Assembly (NCBI GenBank): GCA_044892525.1
Contig: CM097885.1
Span: forward strand, 5,706,001 to 5,770,000
Length of the DNA stretch: 64,000 bases
Direction of reading: 5' to 3'
Source: Schmidtea polychroa
Lineage: Eukaryota
Positions 49,155 to 64,000 of this stretch are shown here, one piece after another. Each line of letters starts with the position of its first letter. Positions within the stretch are counted from its first letter, which is position 1. Both the position numbers and the translations under genes were made by a program. A model generated the notes under the pieces. That model made no database searches, was not told where the DNA came from, and saw only the letters and a program-made list of their open reading frames with translations.

Positions 49155-52152
49155 CAGTGGTGATATTCGAATTTTTTAACAACCGGTACGCATGGAAAAA
49201 AATCTATTGTAGGTTATATTTACTTCATAATAGTTATTTATTTACATATTTACATAAGAAATACATATATTATATATAATAGTATAAAAAATAGTATATA
49301 AAATTAATTAAATAATTTCCAAATTAAATTTTGGTTTTGGGACGGCAAATTAGGTGCGGCTGCTTTGACACGTTTGTCACTTGCCATATGATGCCCTTCT
49401 CGCAACCATAATTTAACATATGGTGTTGCATCAAAATCCTCAATCGATTTTCCCATTAAATTTATTGTCATTAAATGACTTGTTGTTTCAATTAACAACG
49501 AATTTCTCTTATCATAAATGATATTGTTCATTGTGCTGAGTCCTCTTTCAGCTTCTGCGGAATTAACAGCAATTACATTTAAAATTCTTTTTGCTCTCAA
49601 AATAGTATTAATATTTTTAGATTCTCTATCTCGCACATCAACAAAATCTCGAAAATCATTTACTGGAATGATGTATTTGATTATTTTATTTAACTGCTCT
49701 AACCTATTTTCACCTTCAATCCATGGTGCTTCAAAAATATCACCCGGCCATGTTTCTGGATTTAATAAATTAAAGCAATTTAAGAGATTATTATAGTTTT
49801 CATTTTTATCGTCTAATAGCAAACGCGTTTTCATATGTTTTTCTAAACAATCAAAAAATGTATCTCTCGAAACAACAATTGATGTTTTTTTTTCTATTAA
49901 TTTCAAATGGAATATTGTATTTTTTCGTTTTAATAATATCATCTGCTTCTTTTTCATATGTTCCTTTATTTAATTTTAAATGTTGGAATAGATTTATCGT
50001 TCGCCTTATCAATCTATCAGCTCTAATTAATGAAATATCTCTTTCTTGTAAAGCTGTAGACAGTACAGAAATTTCTTCTAATATGTTGTTTATTAAACCT
50101 AAATCTTTTAAAAAGTTTTCATTTTTGAAATATGACATTATTCCAATTTCTTTATTTTGGCTAGTGAATATATAAGGCCTGATATGATTTCCAAACTGCT
50201 TTGGCGGTCCTAGCGCTACAGGCTGCCCATCAAGGACCAAATATTCTACCTATTTTGTGTACTTCAGTGCCAAGTTCTTTAGAAACATTATTTAATTCTC
50301 GTTGATGTTTATTTGAAGTATGATAATACGAATAAAGTTTATCGAGAAAATATCTAAAGTTATTTACTTCATTTACTTCTTTGATAACATCATCTAGAGT
50401 TAACTGAATACGATGAGCTAAACAGTGACAGATGCTAATACCTGGAAAATGTTCTAAAATTCTTGCAGAAACTCCAGCCTTTTTTCCTAACATTACACTG
50501 AGCAAAATCCAATAAGAATTTCATGTAAATATTTTTCATTAAAACCATGTTTTTCAAGAACTGATATTAAGGTTTTAAAAATTATTTCTGATGTTGTTCC
50601 TTCTAATTCGACAAGATCAATAAAAACTGTTACACTATCATCGGAATCTTGAATTTCAGATTTCAAATAAACTACTAAAACGCTTTTGTGTGAAACAGTT
50701 GAGGCTTCATCAATAATAATTGAAATTTTACAACCTGTATTTATCAGTTTTCCAAAAATAATTCTTCTTATTTCTGTAGATATAAGCTTTGCGACAAGTG
50801 GAACTATAAATCTGGAATGTAATGAAAATCCAAAATCTACATTATTTTTTTTCTGTAAATCAATTAATTTTTTAAAATCACTGAATGGGTAATTGTTTTT
50901 AATTATGAAAAAGATAGTATTAAAAATGTTTACTGTGCTGTTTAAATACTTTTCATTAGCCACATCGAAAGATTTGGAAATTATATTTGTTTCACCAATT
51001 TTTATTATTTCCCCAGCTTTTTTATGTGAAGCTGATTCATTGTGTTCCTTCAATTTTTTTCTCATTGATGATTGTAAATTTTCTTTCTTCGAGCCATGAG
51101 CTTTGACAGAACATGATTTCCACTCCACAGAAATGTGTAAATGTTTAGCAGTTTCTAAATTTAACGATTCTACTTTCGAACACCACTGACATCCCACATT
51201 TTCATCGCTAACAACAATAAGCCACTCGTATTTAGTTTTAAAATAATTTAGTTGTTTATCATTCCAAAAATGTAATAACGCAGCATCACGAGACGTTCCA
51301 GCTTTTTCCGATTGGTGTTGAACTTCAGAAGTATCATTTTTTCTTTTACCTGTTTTGTTTGATTAGAATTAGTAATATTCTCAGCTTGCTGTTCAGGGTT
51401 TTTGGTTATTTTTATAGATTTGCTAAAAAAGTCATCCAAATTACCTTGTCTTTTCATTCTTAGGTTGAAACAAAGAAAATATTTAATAATTAATTAATAA
51501 TTAATTAAAAATTTAAATCAATTTAAAATCTTCATACTTGCACGTTAAAACTGAATTTAATAGAGATAAAAAGTAAGGGATAACCATTCACCATAAAAAT
51601 ATTTATACTACTAAACTTTTTATTTAGAGTAAATATATCAAAATAAAAATGTATTCAAAAAGGGAAATTCCCTTTTTATTAAAAGAAAAATATTTTTTTT
51701 TACAGAATTTTCCGTTAACCCTTTCAAGCTTAGTGGTTAAGCGGTGAAACCACCTATTAAAATGCAACTTTACACATGCTCAGTAGGAATTTTTCAATTC
51801 CATAAATTTTGTTCTATAATTCAATGACATCTCTTGGATTGTAGTGGAAATTAAAAGTACTAAAATTCAAATTAGACAGTTTTAAGTAGATTTTTTTTTA
51901 CTAAAACCAAAAAAAATTTTAAATCCCAAATTTTTATTTTATTGTAATATTTTTTTGTATTTGATCGATAATGGCAGGTAAATATTTATATTTTTTTAGT
52001 AATTTAGAATGTTTTTATCAATACTTTTACTTTTACATACTTTTACTTAAAAACATACTTTTTTTTAATATACAACAACCGGTACGGAAAATTTTAAAAA
52101 TGTTAACAACCGGTACGAGCGTACCGCCCGTACCGGCTGAATATCACCACTG
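49155..52152 (-). mobile_element. hAT DNA transposon, full length (ZNF862/KIAA1586-like transposase)
   Basis: Perfect TIR CAGTGGTGATATTC; 8-bp TSD GTATCACC; AACCGGTACG subterminal repeats. Confidence 0.95.
49304..51457 (-). pseudogene. hAT transposase, several frameshifts
   Basis: Motifs IIIDEAST, HCLAHRIQL and NSAEAERGLSTMN are spread over 5 overlapping ORFs. Confidence 0.88.
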
Positions 52153-52774
52153 GTATCACCTACAAAGAAAGAGCTGCTACACCTTTTATTATCCATAATG
52201 AACTCACAAAGGTTCAAAATTTAACAATTTCTGAGTTTTACATTCATGGTTTGACAGGGTCAATTTTGTCCGTGGCGGATGCAAAGTGGTTAGCGTATGT
52301 TTCAGGAGATCATTGGGTTACCCAGAATGTTTCAGTAATTACATATTTCTTATAGTTAAGAGTTGCCAATTAAACTAAATTTAAGTAGAACCCAAAAATT
52401 CTTTTTAACTGCTATTTTGAAACTTATCTCAGAGTACATTCAAAATTTAAGTCTTCCAGATATTATGAATAGTTTCAAATAGAATTTGAATTTTTATTAT
52501 GAAAGAGTTTAATAAAAATCTAAATATCGAAATAAATAAATTAAAATTAATTTTTTGGAAGTTAATTATCAGAATGATTATTGTAAATTATAAAATAAAA
52601 AATATATTTTTAAGCCATTTAAATATTTTAATAATTGCTGTCTTTAAATAAACTAATTTCAGTTTATAATATAAACACATTTTTTATATCATCATTTTTC
52701 TCAAATTTACAAATTTTGGTATTATTCGAAAAATTATTTTTATTAAAATTATTATTGATATATTCAAGATTTAA

Positions 52775-63138
<10,364 letters not shown>

Positions 63139-63187
63139 TGAGATTTTTATATTCAAATACCATTCATTCCCATTATATTATTTTAAT

Positions 63188-63195
63188 TCATTATA

Positions 63196-63249
<54 letters not shown>

Positions 63250-63275
63250 ATTATTATTATTAATATTATTATTAT
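63188..63275. repeat. (ATT)n microsatellite
   Basis: Direct reading. Confidence 0.9.
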
Positions 63276-63797
63276 GTTAATGATTCATATATTTGTAAAC
63301 ATTTGGCAAGTAAAGTAAGTTCCAGTTTTATATATATATTTAATCTTTATGGCCGTTTATAATGTGAAATTTGTGTTACGCATGACATTTTGTGAGGAGG
63401 GGGTTAGACAAATTGATGTAATTGTTGGGTTTGTAGGTGATTGGGATACTGACAGTTACTGACCTGATTCTCAGGATGCCTTATCTCAATAATATATTAA
63501 GATTTATTGATAAGCACAATTACGCTGTGATCTCTGACCTATCAATTACAGCTACGCAATGATTGAACCATTGAAAAAATTCCACAGTTTATTTCAACAT
63601 TTCTAGACGAATAACTTATTGAAAATTATGATTTATATTACTTGATTAATTTTAGTTTGGTTTAAAGGTCCAGGTACAATTTGGACGACTGTTTTCTTCA
63701 CCTCTACGATTTCTTTTCTTTTAATTCACAAATAAAACTACACATCATTTTCAATCTATCATTTTGTCAATATAATTTATCAGACAAATTTATTCGG

Positions 63798-64000
63798 ACA
63801 CTTTCTCTGTCAATACTTTCTGCGTCAACACTTTCTCTGTCAACACTTTCTCTGTCAACACTTTCTCTGTCAATACTTTCTGCGTCAACACTTTCTCTGT
63901 CAACACTTTCTCTGTCAACACTTTCTCTGTCAATACTTTCTGCGTCAACACTTTCTCTGTCAACACTTTCTCTGTCAACACTTTCTCTGTCAATACTTTC
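63798..64000. repeat. 15-bp tandem repeat (CAACACTTTCTCTGT) with 60-bp higher-order period
   Basis: Direct reading; runs off the window. Confidence 0.95.

Overview
AT-rich eukaryotic (animal) genomic DNA with very short introns (about 42-58 nt) and dense transposon content. This is consistent with a planarian-like flatworm (inference only). Host genes: an intronless, divergent CWC22-like ORF; a small LCCL-domain gene; MRPL20; a 4-exon cathepsin L; and the 5' part of an MRCK/DMPK-family kinase whose 9.6-kb intron carries a 4.7-kb 28-bp satellite. Mobile DNA: a probable Polinton/Maverick terminus, two TIR/TSD-delimited but frameshifted hAT transposons, several MITEs, a MULE relic, a Penelope element split by an insert carrying a proteasome alpha-6 fragment, two 1-kb solo LTRs, a 15.6-kb gag-only LTR retroelement with near-identical 1644-bp LTRs, and a related 3.65-kb solo LTR. 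The most notable observation concerns the two diverged large-LTR families. They share little primary sequence but conserve two multi-hairpin RNA modules with compensatory base changes. In the 3.65-kb LTR these modules bracket an LTR-embedded accessory ORF.
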